Shown: piece by piece, positions 29,859-39,143 of the stretch
Layout: each line of letters starts with the position of its first letter
Position numbering within the stretch: the first letter of the stretch is position 1
Origin: a virus
Lineage: Duplodnaviria; Heunggongvirae; Uroviricota; Caudoviricetes
Virus record (IMG/VR): IMGVR_UViG_3300032038_000031
Location: 42,370-106,369 of that record
Length of the DNA: 64,000 bases
Reading direction: 5' to 3' (one strand)
Notes under the pieces: model-generated
Databases searched by the model: none
Seen by the model: the letters and a program-made list of their open reading frames with translations, nothing else
Told to the model about the DNA's origin: nothing
Made by a program: the position numbers and the translations under genes

Positions 29859-30955
29859 TATAAAAAAATCCTTTCTTTGTACATTCTTAAAAATACTTCC
29901 TTTCCTTGATCTATTGGAGAATCTTTATAATTTAACAATTGATTATGAGAATCAAATAAAAAACTTACTTTTACATATGAATTATATTTTTGATGAATCT
30001 TGTATAATTTTTTAACCCAATTTTTAAATTCTGTATCTCCAATTTCTTTGAACTGTTTATCAAAACCTATAATTAATTCTTGAACTCCATATTGTTGCAA
30101 TAACTTAAAATGATGATTAGTAAAAGAATTGCCGCAACAAGCAACGGCAATATTATTATCTACGCCAAAATAACTACAATATTTTAAAACTGATTTTTCC
30201 CCTTCCATCACAATAGCAGTTTTAGTTTTCTCTATTGCTTTTTTTGCATGTTCTAATCCATAAAGATTAAATCCAAGAGGATGATTATACATTGTTTCTC
30301 CGATAATTGCAGGGCGATATTTTCCATATTTTTCATTTTCTTTTTTTAATGTTCTTTCTCTGATTCCAATTAAATTAAAATCTTTATCATAATGAGGAAT
30401 TAATACTCCATGAGTAATAGGATTATATTTAATTCCAAACTCTTTTATAGTTTGAAAAGATATACCTTCTTTTTCCCAAGCTAAAATATGAGGCTGAGGA
30501 AAAAATTCTAATATATTATCATAAATATGAAAAATGTTTTCATCTATTTGCTGATAGGACATATTTAATAAATTTGAATTGTATTTTTTAAAAATATCCC
30601 AATCAAATAACCTTGAAATTGTTTCCTCATTATTTTGATATATAATATCATAACCAAAATATTGAGCCACATAATAAATTGCTTTACTTAAAGACCATTC
30701 TTCTCCTTGAGAATGTTTAACTTTTAAAATTAATTCATATATATCAAAGACATCATCACATTCTGTGTAACATCTAAATAATTTAGTATTATTATAATAA
30801 TATAATTTATGACTTTCTCCCTGATGACAAATAGTTTTACATATTAAAATATTTCCTTTTTGCTGAGGTTCGCCTCCTAACTCAGCAACTAAATCTGCTA
30901 CTTGATCAATATCTAATTCATTTTTTATTTCTTTTAAATCTTTATTTTTATCCAT
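29858..30955 (-). CDS. DnaG-type DNA primase (Zn-finger + TOPRIM)
   Basis: CKTICHQGESHKLYYYNNTKLFRCYTEC zinc ribbon; TOPRIM-like VMEGEKSVLK...IGFDKQ; upstream of DnaB-like helicase. Confidence 0.6.
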   Translation of the reverse strand: MDKNKDLKEIKNELDIDQVADLVAELGGEPQQKGNILICKTICHQGESHKLYYYNNTKLFRCYTECDDVFDIYELILKVKHSQGEEWSLSKAIYYVAQYFGYDIIYQNNEETISRLFDWDIFKKYNSNLLNMSYQQIDENIFHIYDNILEFFPQPHILAWEKEGISFQTIKEFGIKYNPITHGVLIPHYDKDFNLIGIRERTLKKENEKYGKYRPAIIGETMYNHPLGFNLYGLEHAKKAIEKTKTAIVMEGEKSVLKYCSYFGVDNNIAVACCGNSFTNHHFKLLQQYGVQELIIGFDKQFKEIGDTEFKNWVKKLYKIHQKYNSYVKVSFLFDSHNQLLNYKDSPIDQGKEVFLRMYKERIFL

Positions 30956-31032
30956 TTTATTTCTTACCTTTTATTAGTTAAAAATTAAAAATTTTTTAAA
31001 TATATATAAATCTATATAATAATCAAAATTTT

Positions 31033-32568
31033 TTAAAATGCAGATTCTTCTTCTTTAACAGAAATTTGGAAATCCTCTATTTCTACTAATTCATATTGAT
31101 AATTTGTAGCAAATAATGGCTCTATTCGACAAATACCTCGATTAGCTCGACACCACAATAAGATATTTTTATATTTATTCCCTCTGTTTTTATAAATAGA
31201 CATTTTTATTACAGGCATTTCTAAATTATTAGTATTTAATAAATCTAATAAAGCTTGTCTATCATCTTGAGTAACCTCTAACATAATTTCACCTAAATCA
31301 CATTTATCTGCAATTGCTTTAGCTCCTCTTAATAAGTTTTGATCATATTCTTCAGCATTTCTATATTCACCATTTAATTGTGTACCAGTCAAAATAAAAA
31401 TCCCATATTTATTACATAAATCTTTTAATCGTACACTAATCATAAAAAGAATATTATCTTCTCTTAAACCTTTTACTTTTGCTTTTGATCCAATTTCTGC
31501 TAAAATTTTCATTGAAGAATGAATATAATCAAAAAATACATATTGAACTTTATATTCTCTTACTGAATAACGAATTGTATTTTCTATATCTTGTAAAGAA
31601 AAGTCTGGTAACAATTTAATATATAGTTTACTCTCTTGTAATAGCTTTGCCGCATATGCTAATCGTTCTTCTTCTCCATCAAAAAACTGATTTTTTGAGA
31701 TATGACTTTCATCGACTCCAGATAAAAAAGCTAACATCATACTATCTACTTCTTCTTTATCTTGTTCGGTTGTAATATATAAAGTTGGTTGAGGTACGCC
31801 CGTACTTTCCCATTGATTTGTTTCTAAATTATAAATTTCTTTACAACCTATATAACAAGCATCTGCAATCATAGAACGAGTTTTACCTACCCCAGTTCCC
31901 GCAGAACGAATATAAAATTTCTTTAATCTAGCGCCTCTTGTAACTCCATTAATCAAAGGTCCAAATAAAGGATAACCTACATCTGGTTGTTCTTTTCGCT
32001 GTTGTAAAAAATCAAATATACCTTCTCCTGCATGAATAAAAGCTGTATCTTCGTTATTAATATAAGTCATACGAATAGCAGATATTTTTTTATCTATTTC
32101 ATCAGCAATGTCATCTAAAGTTGCATTATTTAACCATTCCTCTTGTTTTTCTCGTTTTGTTAAATCAAAAGCATTATCTATATCATAAATAAAAGATAAA
32201 TCAACCCCACATTGATCATACATTCTTAATAAAGTCATTTTCTTCATTTTATTATAATAATAATCAAAAGCCTGTAGAGTGGTTGTATCTATTAAATTTT
32301 TTAAATATTCTTGACCATTATTCGCTTTATATATAGCATATGCTTTTGGCTGTTTCTCTAAATAATCTTCAATATTATTAATTGAAAATTTCTTTACTCC
32401 TAAATTATATAAATTATACATAGAACCAAATAAAATTCTATGGAATTTCTCTGGAAAATCTTCTTCATTAAAATTATATTGCTCTTGCTCTAATAAAGAA
32501 GGCTTTTTATATATACCTCCAATTACTTGAATAATAGCAGATACATCTACATACTTACTTTTCCCCAT
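31033..32568 (-). CDS. DnaB-family replicative helicase
   Basis: RSAGTGVGKTRSM Walker A, VFFDYIH, ILTGTQLN motifs; 511 aa. Confidence 0.7.
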   Translation of the reverse strand: MGKSKYVDVSAIIQVIGGIYKKPSLLEQEQYNFNEEDFPEKFHRILFGSMYNLYNLGVKKFSINNIEDYLEKQPKAYAIYKANNGQEYLKNLIDTTTLQAFDYYYNKMKKMTLLRMYDQCGVDLSFIYDIDNAFDLTKREKQEEWLNNATLDDIADEIDKKISAIRMTYINNEDTAFIHAGEGIFDFLQQRKEQPDVGYPLFGPLINGVTRGARLKKFYIRSAGTGVGKTRSMIADACYIGCKEIYNLETNQWESTGVPQPTLYITTEQDKEEVDSMMLAFLSGVDESHISKNQFFDGEEERLAYAAKLLQESKLYIKLLPDFSLQDIENTIRYSVREYKVQYVFFDYIHSSMKILAEIGSKAKVKGLREDNILFMISVRLKDLCNKYGIFILTGTQLNGEYRNAEEYDQNLLRGAKAIADKCDLGEIMLEVTQDDRQALLDLLNTNNLEMPVIKMSIYKNRGNKYKNILLWCRANRGICRIEPLFATNYQYELVEIEDFQISVKEEESAF

Positions 32569-32572
32569 TTAA

Positions 32573-33076
32573 TTACCCCTCTAGATCAAAAAACTTAATT
32601 TCTTTAATATCACTTTTTGGCGGTGAAATAATAATTTTTTGGGCTTTTGGAGTATAGTCTTTAATATTTTTATTCTCATTTGCACTTTTAATTAAAAATA
32701 AATTATAATAATACTGTTTAGCATCATTATAAATATAAGGAACTATTCCAATTCCCCCATTAGCCTTTTCTATGCTATTATGTTTAATTTCATACCACCA
32801 TTTTAAAGATTTAAAAATTCCACTATAGGTATAACCATATTGAGTTTGAAATTCTTTTAATTGTTTCGCAACTCTTGCTGGATTATATTCATCTTTAAAT
32901 AAAAATTTAATGTATTTCATTAATAAATCAAAATCTTTTTCTTCTTGACTTTTATTTTCTTCATGTTCTTTTTGGCATTCCGCATGAGCATATCGCCGAT
33001 TAGATACTTTATAAAATGGTACTTTATCTCTATTAAATTTTTGTTTACAATAAACACAAGTTACATAGTGACTCAT
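32573..33076 (-). CDS. hypothetical Cys/His-rich protein
   Basis: CVYCKQKF...HAEC motif; translationally coupled to helicase. Confidence 0.4.
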   Translation of the reverse strand: MSHYVTCVYCKQKFNRDKVPFYKVSNRRYAHAECQKEHEENKSQEEKDFDLLMKYIKFLFKDEYNPARVAKQLKEFQTQYGYTYSGIFKSLKWWYEIKHNSIEKANGGIGIVPYIYNDAKQYYYNLFLIKSANENKNIKDYTPKAQKIIISPPKSDIKEIKFFDLEG

Positions 33077-33112
33077 TTTTATATCTTTCCTTTTTTAAAA
33101 TATTCTTTATTT

Positions 33113-33145
33113 AATTATACCATATTTTTTTTAAAATATCAAAAA
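33113..33145 (-). promoter_or_regulatory. phage promoter family copy
   Basis: TTGATATtttaaaaaaaatatggTATAAT. Confidence 0.45.
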
Positions 33146-33177
33146 GAGTGCTATTATTAGCACTCTTTAAAAAATAT

Positions 33178-33838
33178 TTATTTATTTTCTTCTTCTTCAA
33201 GTAAACAACCTAAATCTGTAACAATTAAGTCTAATGCTTCAACTTGTTCTCTTGAACAGTTATTTACTTTATTACCTTTACCCAAATATCTTTCAATAAT
33301 TTCAATAACACGAGGTTGCCAGAAATTTTCAAAATCTGGTTTTGAAATAAAAACAGTCATAATTTCATTAAATTTATTTAATAAATCGTCAAAATTTAGC
33401 TGTTCTCTTGTATCAATATATAAATTATTTCTTTCATCTGTAAAGTATTCTTGCTTTCCATCTTCTTGCATTTGTTTATCAATAGCTTCTCCAATTGCGG
33501 TTACTAGACTTTTATAAGTAAAATCAATAACTGGTGGAGTATATTTAAAACGAGAACCCGCCATATATCTTGGTGTTCCTCTCATAAACAACTTAGTGGC
33601 AGTTTCACCATTTTGAAGTTGAACACTACGAGAATACCCTATAATATCACACAAACGAGAACAAATATTTTGTGCTTTAGAAGGTAAAGTAGGAACAATT
33701 CTATTATATTCCATGCCTTGTTCGTCTTTAAAAGTTTTGTCAGTAGCATGACTAATTAACACTAATCCATAATTCATTTGAACAATACTTCTTAAAGCAG
33801 TATCAAATTCTTTAGCTAAAAGAGAATATCCTTTCAAT
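33178..33838 (-). CDS. AAA_24/Sak4-like recombination ATPase, exon 2
   Basis: exon begins A|TTG AAA GGA (LKGYSLLAKEF...LVLISHATDK) after intron-terminal G (..ggataacaaG). Confidence 0.6.
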
Positions 33839-33905
33839 CTTGTTATCCTAAAGGTTTTTTATCCTTTAGTTCTTATACTTTCTATTTGTATAAGTTCAGC
33901 ATATC
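33839..33905. repeat. intron 3'-end repeat (copy of 7461..7530)
   Basis: see above. Confidence 0.65.
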
Positions 33906-33951
33906 TTTTTATCTCCATTCTAGAGATATCGAAGTCTCGTGGAAAATTATA

Positions 33952-34764
33952 TCATTTTAGGAGTTCTTCAAATTTATCTTTTTTTCTTTTCATATATAAA
34001 TTTGAAGATGTATTGTATAATACATTATATATTTTTTGACATTTTTCTTTAGTATATCCATAAACTCTATATAAAGTCACATTTTTCTTTGGGCACAAAG
34101 AATAAGATAATTCTATACCTTCTTTTTTAAAGAAATCAATAATCTTTTCTGCTATTTTTTTTCTACTTACATCAATTTGCCAAGTTACTGTCTTTCCAGT
34201 TAATTTAATTGATCCATCTCCATCAAATAATCCTCGAATATAATCTTTGTAATATTTTATCTTTAGCTGCTCTGGAAAGTTATATTCTTCACTATATGTT
34301 TTATTAGGAACAATATTGTACTTTTGCAAATCTTGCTTAATTTGTTTTGAATAAAAATAAAGTTTGCTATTTTGATAACCTTTACTAGTTTCATAATCTT
34401 TTACAGGTCTTTCATTTTCAATAACTTTATTCATTTTTTCTAATAGTTCTTTATCTTTTCTTTGTAATTCTATATAAATTTGATTTTCATTTTTATTTAC
34501 ACTACCATCAGAAGCTAACATTCCTATCCAATAAGCCATATCTTCACTTTGTTTTTGAAAAAAAGTATGATTTACCCATAGCTTGTTCACATTTGTTTCT
34601 TGAATATTCTTTATTGGAATATTATATTTTAATAATATTTTTTTTACTATTTTATCACTGACTGGAATAAAAGCTCCTGATTTTTTTTGCCCATAATGTA
34701 AAACCGTATAATTATATATTATTTTTTTTTCTTGTTCTTCTGTCAATATAATTGATTTACCCAT
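33952..34764 (-). CDS. LAGLIDADG homing endonuclease
   Basis: YWIGMLASDGSV and RGLFDGDGSI; RBS AAAGGAGGA. Confidence 0.8.
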   Translation of the reverse strand: MGKSIILTEEQEKKIIYNYTVLHYGQKKSGAFIPVSDKIVKKILLKYNIPIKNIQETNVNKLWVNHTFFQKQSEDMAYWIGMLASDGSVNKNENQIYIELQRKDKELLEKMNKVIENERPVKDYETSKGYQNSKLYFYSKQIKQDLQKYNIVPNKTYSEEYNFPEQLKIKYYKDYIRGLFDGDGSIKLTGKTVTWQIDVSRKKIAEKIIDFFKKEGIELSYSLCPKKNVTLYRVYGYTKEKCQKIYNVLYNTSSNLYMKRKKDKFEELLK

Positions 34765-34903
34765 GCTGGGTCAATCCTCCTTTAATGTTTACTTTTTCTA
34801 TGCGTTGCACGTGTTATAATTTTTAAATTATAACTTCCGTTCTGATTCCCATTTCAGGGTTCCAGTTTTTTACTTCGATTTTTCCCAATAACATTGCTAT
34901 TAT

Positions 34904-35301
34904 AGGGTGGCAAAAATTTTACCATAAGGAATATCTCCTATAGCATCAACACCATAACTACCATCTTCTCTTTTGGCGTTGGCACATATATACTGTTCAC
35001 AATAATCATATGCAATATCAGCAGTATCTATAATAACTGTTTCGAAACGCTCTTTTAAGCGGTCATCTTTTAAAGCTTTTAGAATTTTTTTAAATTCTCC
35101 CCAAGAATTAACTGGCATAGCATTTGCTCCAGGAATTGCAGAGTATCCTTTTTCAAAAGCTATCAGGAGATGCTTGGGAAATTTTGTAGCAATGGTTGTT
35201 TTCCCACTTTTAGGTTCTCCAAAGAATAGCACTGAATAGCCTCTCATATCACGAGATACTTTGTGTGGCTCAATATTTAAAAGTTCGTCTACCATAGACA
35301 T
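34904..35301 (-). CDS. AAA_24/Sak4-like ATPase exon 1 (Walker A GEPKSGKTT, Walker B VIIDTAD)
   Basis: P-loop + hhhhD; ORF stops 1 codon after inferred splice point. Confidence 0.6.
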
Positions 35302-35377
35302 ATATTCATGTCCCCTTTCAATTATCTTATATTTATAAAGTGTCTAGAATAAAATCTAGACACTTTAATTAATTAAA

Positions 35378-36358
35378 TTAAAATTTCCAATTAGAAGGAT
35401 CAATTCCTACTGTGTTTGTAACAGTACCTGTTGGTACAGCTGATGACATAATAGGATTATTTTGTTTTTCTTGCTGAGAAGCTAAATATTCTTCTCTATT
35501 TTTAACTGTTTCAGCCCACTTAACTTCTCGGTCTTGAAGAGCTTTTACAATCTCATCTTGAGTAATAGTCTTTTCATCATTAAATTCATAAGGGATTTTA
35601 GATGTGCCAATAATAATCCAATCTTTAATAGGAGTTTCTTGAATTTCTACTAGAGAGTTTTCTTCTCCACCAAAAGCAGATTCAATAACATTTGGTGTTT
35701 TATTTACTGTATTAATAATTTTACCCCAAACTTTAGTATAAACAGGTTCTGCTTCTGTAACTCCATCTAAATTTTCTTCAAAGAATTTCATTCCTAAAGG
35801 ATTTCGTACACTATATGTAATTGGAATAATTTCATTTCTAAAATTAAAGATATAACCAGAAACTCTAGTAAAATCTTCTTTAATCTTTTCAGATGCATCA
35901 ACATGACTTACTCTAGTAATTACCATATCAGTAGTAAAAGTACATCTTTTTGTAATATCATCAGTAAGTGAAGAAACAATATTTACAAAACCACCTTCAC
36001 ATCTCTTTGATGTAATTCTTTTACCTTCCTTATCTGGAAATTCATTTAAAGCAATAGCTGTTTGAATTTTAACTTTTAAAGCTTTTTCTTTTCCATCTTT
36101 TATCCATTGAGGACCAGCCATAATATCTTTTAAAGCTTTAAAAGTATTGTTAGGTGTCCCCTTTTTTGTTAAAGGTGAAACATAAGTAAAGTGTACAGTT
36201 ACAACATTCAATCCTTCTTCATCAGTAGCAATCTGTAAGTTACCTTGAATAAAATCTTTTCCAAAATTTTTACTTTCTGTATTTTTTACTTTTGAAAGAG
36301 CCAAATTTTGCTCAAATACATATCCTTGAATTTCTACTTTATTAATTTGTTTCTTCAT
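35378..36358 (-). CDS. hypothetical protein (possible ssDNA-binding/annealing partner of Sak4-like ATPase)
   Basis: 326 aa; position between Sak4-like ATPase and regulator; no motif recognised - function is inference from context only. Confidence 0.3.
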   Translation of the reverse strand: MKKQINKVEIQGYVFEQNLALSKVKNTESKNFGKDFIQGNLQIATDEEGLNVVTVHFTYVSPLTKKGTPNNTFKALKDIMAGPQWIKDGKEKALKVKIQTAIALNEFPDKEGKRITSKRCEGGFVNIVSSLTDDITKRCTFTTDMVITRVSHVDASEKIKEDFTRVSGYIFNFRNEIIPITYSVRNPLGMKFFEENLDGVTEAEPVYTKVWGKIINTVNKTPNVIESAFGGEENSLVEIQETPIKDWIIIGTSKIPYEFNDEKTITQDEIVKALQDREVKWAETVKNREEYLASQQEKQNNPIMSSAVPTGTVTNTVGIDPSNWKF

Positions 36359-36374
36359 AACAAAATCCTTTCTT

Positions 36375-36782
36375 TTAATTTACTTTGTATTTTTTACCTT
36401 TTTCTGTTAATTTATAATATACTGGACTATTTTTTTTATCTTCAATAACTTTTTCTACATAACCATCTTTGAATAATTTATTCATTGTTCCAGAAACAGA
36501 TCTTGAAGAAAGAAATAACAATTCACCAATTTGTCGAGCATTAAAACGACAATCTTGTTTTATTGATAATGAACTATTATTATATTTTTTAGTTTCTTCT
36601 TGTAAACATTGAATAATTTTTAAACCTTTTTCAGTAGGTTTATCATTTTCATCTGAAACTTTAATTAAATCTTGAAAGAAATCAAAAGCCTCTTCACTTA
36701 ACTTAATTTTGCCATTTTTTAATAATAAGTCAATTTCTTTAATAAAACAATCTTTTTTATTATTTTTCATTAATTTTTCCAA
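36375..36782 (-). CDS. winged-helix (MarR-like) DNA-binding protein
   Basis: ARQIGELLFLSSRSVSGTMNKLFKDGYVEK HTH + wing. Confidence 0.45.
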   Translation of the reverse strand: MEKLMKNNKKDCFIKEIDLLLKNGKIKLSEEAFDFFQDLIKVSDENDKPTEKGLKIIQCLQEETKKYNNSSLSIKQDCRFNARQIGELLFLSSRSVSGTMNKLFKDGYVEKVIEDKKNSPVYYKLTEKGKKYKVN

Positions 36783-36805
36783 CCTTTAAATCTTTTGATA
36801 ATTTA

Positions 36806-36836
36806 TTATATCAAAATTTTTTATTAAAATCAATAA
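36806..36836 (-). promoter_or_regulatory. phage promoter family copy
   Basis: TTGATTttaataaaaaatttTGATATAAT. Confidence 0.5.
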
Positions 36837-36845
36837 AAATTAGAT

Positions 36846-37523
36846 TTAAGACTTTTTATTTGGCTTTCTATGACATTTTGCATTATTTTCAGGACAATAA
36901 CCTATTAATGCACATTTTGGTTGAAAATATGTTTTAATTATATCTGCCCATTCTTCATCATAATCACTTAATGCCTTCATTATATCTTTCATTAATTGAC
37001 GATATTCCCAATAGGCTCTTGAACAAAGTCTTTGATGACTCATATCTATTAAATTTCTTAAATTAGTTCTTACCACTATTCTTGTTTCCATACCAAGAGG
37101 TAAAATATTTGCAATATCTTCATTAGGAATACCTAATTCTGTTAATTTTTTATCAGCATCTTGAATAGCTTTAAATATATCTTCATATATATCTTTTGCG
37201 GCGGGATCTGCTAAAATGCTTGGAGGTGTTATATATTTGAAATTATCATAATTTATATAACGAGTGGAAGCTTGTAATCGTGTAGGTCCACCTCCAATAT
37301 GAGTATAAAACTCTCGAATAACTCTAGCAGAATATCCATCTATAATTAAAAATACCTGAGGAAATTCTGCTGTTCTCATATGCCCATTTTCAAAGCATTT
37401 CTTTCCTCTTTTTTTATTTTTTTCATCATCACTAGTATCAGCTCCCCAACATTCTCCTGCACATTTTCCAGCAAGAGTATAAGGATAATGACTAGTTTCT
37501 TTTAGTACTAAAACTTCTTTCAT
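36846..37523 (-). CDS. thyX: ThyX-like flavin-dependent thymidylate synthase homolog with non-canonical RHR motif (THI)
   Basis: GHMRTAEF..IDGYSARVIREFYTHIGGGPTRLQASTRY and NLRNLIDMSHQRLCSRAYWEYR match ThyX fold motifs but RHR->THI. Confidence 0.55.
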   Translation of the reverse strand: MKEVLVLKETSHYPYTLAGKCAGECWGADTSDDEKNKKRGKKCFENGHMRTAEFPQVFLIIDGYSARVIREFYTHIGGGPTRLQASTRYINYDNFKYITPPSILADPAAKDIYEDIFKAIQDADKKLTELGIPNEDIANILPLGMETRIVVRTNLRNLIDMSHQRLCSRAYWEYRQLMKDIMKALSDYDEEWADIIKTYFQPKCALIGYCPENNAKCHRKPNKKS

Positions 37524-38495
37524 TTAACCATTCCCCTTTGTCATATTATAATTTCCAAAAGCATTTGCTTGATAAAGATCAATAAAAAATTTTTCTTTTT
37601 TATCTAATTCTATTTTATTATTACATTGTTCTAACAATTCAAAAGTAAAATTCCATAAACCAAATTCTTGCATATCTTTATATAATCTATTTGAGGCGGG
37701 GGCATCTATTCCACAACCGCATTTCATATGTTGCTTTAATCTGTTAGCTACATTCACGCTTTGTCCAATGTAGCATAATTTATTTTGAATATTGGTAATT
37801 TTGTAAATACCACAAACTGCATCAGTTGTACCTAAAATTCTATCACATAAAATTTTAGATTTTTTTTGAAAGAATTGTGACCAAATTACTTTATTTAAAA
37901 TAATTGGCTGAGATAAAGTTTTTTTACATTGTTGTAATTTAACTATATCAGATAATTCTTCTTTTGTTATATCTATTTTATAAAAATTTATTTTATTTTC
38001 TTTTTGTTCTTCTCTTATTTGTGCCTGTCGTCCCGCAGATAAAGAGTTTTTTAAATCAATAACCTCTTGTTTTGTAGATTGATAATCATTTTGTAGAATA
38101 GCAATTTTTTGGTCATATTCTTTTTCTACTTGTTGATAATGTAATTCCAAAGTATTAGAAAAGTTTTGAAATGATTGTGTTGATTTATCAGAAGTTTTTT
38201 TTAATATAGAAATATTCTTTTCTAATTGTTGTAATTCTTTAGTTTGTTTATCCAAAATATGCTTTTGTTTTTCAAAAAGAATTTGCATATTATCATAAGC
38301 AATATTTTGTTTTTTTAAAGTTTCTTCCTTTTGTAAGATGTTTTCTTTTAAAACATTTTGTTGTTGTGTTAATTCATTTATTTTAATTCTTTGATTTTTT
38401 TTATTTCGTCTTGTTTTTATTATATTAAATAACGCATAAAAAATTAACCAAAGACTTACTATTATTAATATTATACAAACAATTTTCATTAACAA
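37524..38495 (-). CDS. membrane-anchored coiled-coil protein with C-terminal GIY-YIG nuclease domain
   Basis: N-terminal TM helix (IVCIILIIVSLWLIFYALFNII), ~200 aa heptad-rich K/Q/E region, C-terminal CGIYKITNIQNKLCYIGQS...R..E...N. Confidence 0.6.
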   Translation of the reverse strand: MLMKIVCIILIIVSLWLIFYALFNIIKTRRNKKNQRIKINELTQQQNVLKENILQKEETLKKQNIAYDNMQILFEKQKHILDKQTKELQQLEKNISILKKTSDKSTQSFQNFSNTLELHYQQVEKEYDQKIAILQNDYQSTKQEVIDLKNSLSAGRQAQIREEQKENKINFYKIDITKEELSDIVKLQQCKKTLSQPIILNKVIWSQFFQKKSKILCDRILGTTDAVCGIYKITNIQNKLCYIGQSVNVANRLKQHMKCGCGIDAPASNRLYKDMQEFGLWNFTFELLEQCNNKIELDKKEKFFIDLYQANAFGNYNMTKGNG

Positions 38496-38562
38496 ATTCC
38501 TTAAAAAAATAGATTAGATTAGAAATATAATCTAATCTAATCTAATATGCATTTAGAATAAT

Positions 38563-38823
38563 TTATTCTGCATCTGGATCAAAGTTACGACCTTTATCTG
38601 TTAGCTGAATAAACTTAACGCTCTTATGCTTACCATCTTCAACTTCAATTTCAGCTGGAATTCTTTCCATTAGATTCTTCTTCTGGAAGCTCATTGTAAC
38701 TACGCCATTTACTGACTTAACTGGTACACCAGTTGCATCTGCAATATCCTGTGCTGTGAACTGCTGTCCATCGTGTTCCTTTACATAATCATAAATTACT
38801 CTTGACTTTTCTGTTAGTGCCAT
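38563..38823 (-). CDS. small HTH DNA-binding protein; compositional outlier (GC-richer codons)
   Basis: TAQDIADATGVPVKSVNGVV HTH-like; codon usage visibly less AT-biased than neighbours; flanked by two hairpins. Confidence 0.45.
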   Translation of the reverse strand: MALTEKSRVIYDYVKEHDGQQFTAQDIADATGVPVKSVNGVVTMSFQKKNLMERIPAEIEVEDGKHKSVKFIQLTDKGRNFDPDAE

Positions 38824-38918
38824 TTTAAATAATCTCCTTTTATTTCTTAAATTTATTTATATTAAAGTAATTAGTTTTAATTACTTATAATCTATTATAA
38901 CAAAAAATTTTTAAAATT

Positions 38919-39119
38919 TCAACATAATTTTTTATTCATAATTTCTGCATCTATTGCAAGTAAAATTGTCAACATATCTTGTTCTGGATATTTTTGGGAA
39001 ATTTCTCCCACTATATTATAAATTTCATCTTCAATTAATTTTGAATTTTTGCCCATCTTTTTTTGTTTTTCTAATTGAGCAATTCTTTTACTATATTTTT
39101 TTATATCTTTCTTTTTCAT
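38919..39119 (-). CDS. hypothetical protein
   Basis: 66 aa, own promoter-like element upstream. Confidence 0.35.
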   Translation of the reverse strand: MKKKDIKKYSKRIAQLEKQKKMGKNSKLIEDEIYNIVGEISQKYPEQDMLTILLAIDAEIMNKKLC

Positions 39120-39143
39120 ATATTTTATTATATCAAAAAATTT

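Larger units (their letters stand above)
33839..34903 (-). mobile_element. group I intron with LAGLIDADG ORF in AAA_24 ATPase gene (5' boundary approximate)
   Basis: 3' 70 nt (ttatcctaaaggttttttatcctttagttcttata...gttcagcatatctttt) ~85% identical to dut intron 3' end; host gene homology split. Confidence 0.6.
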
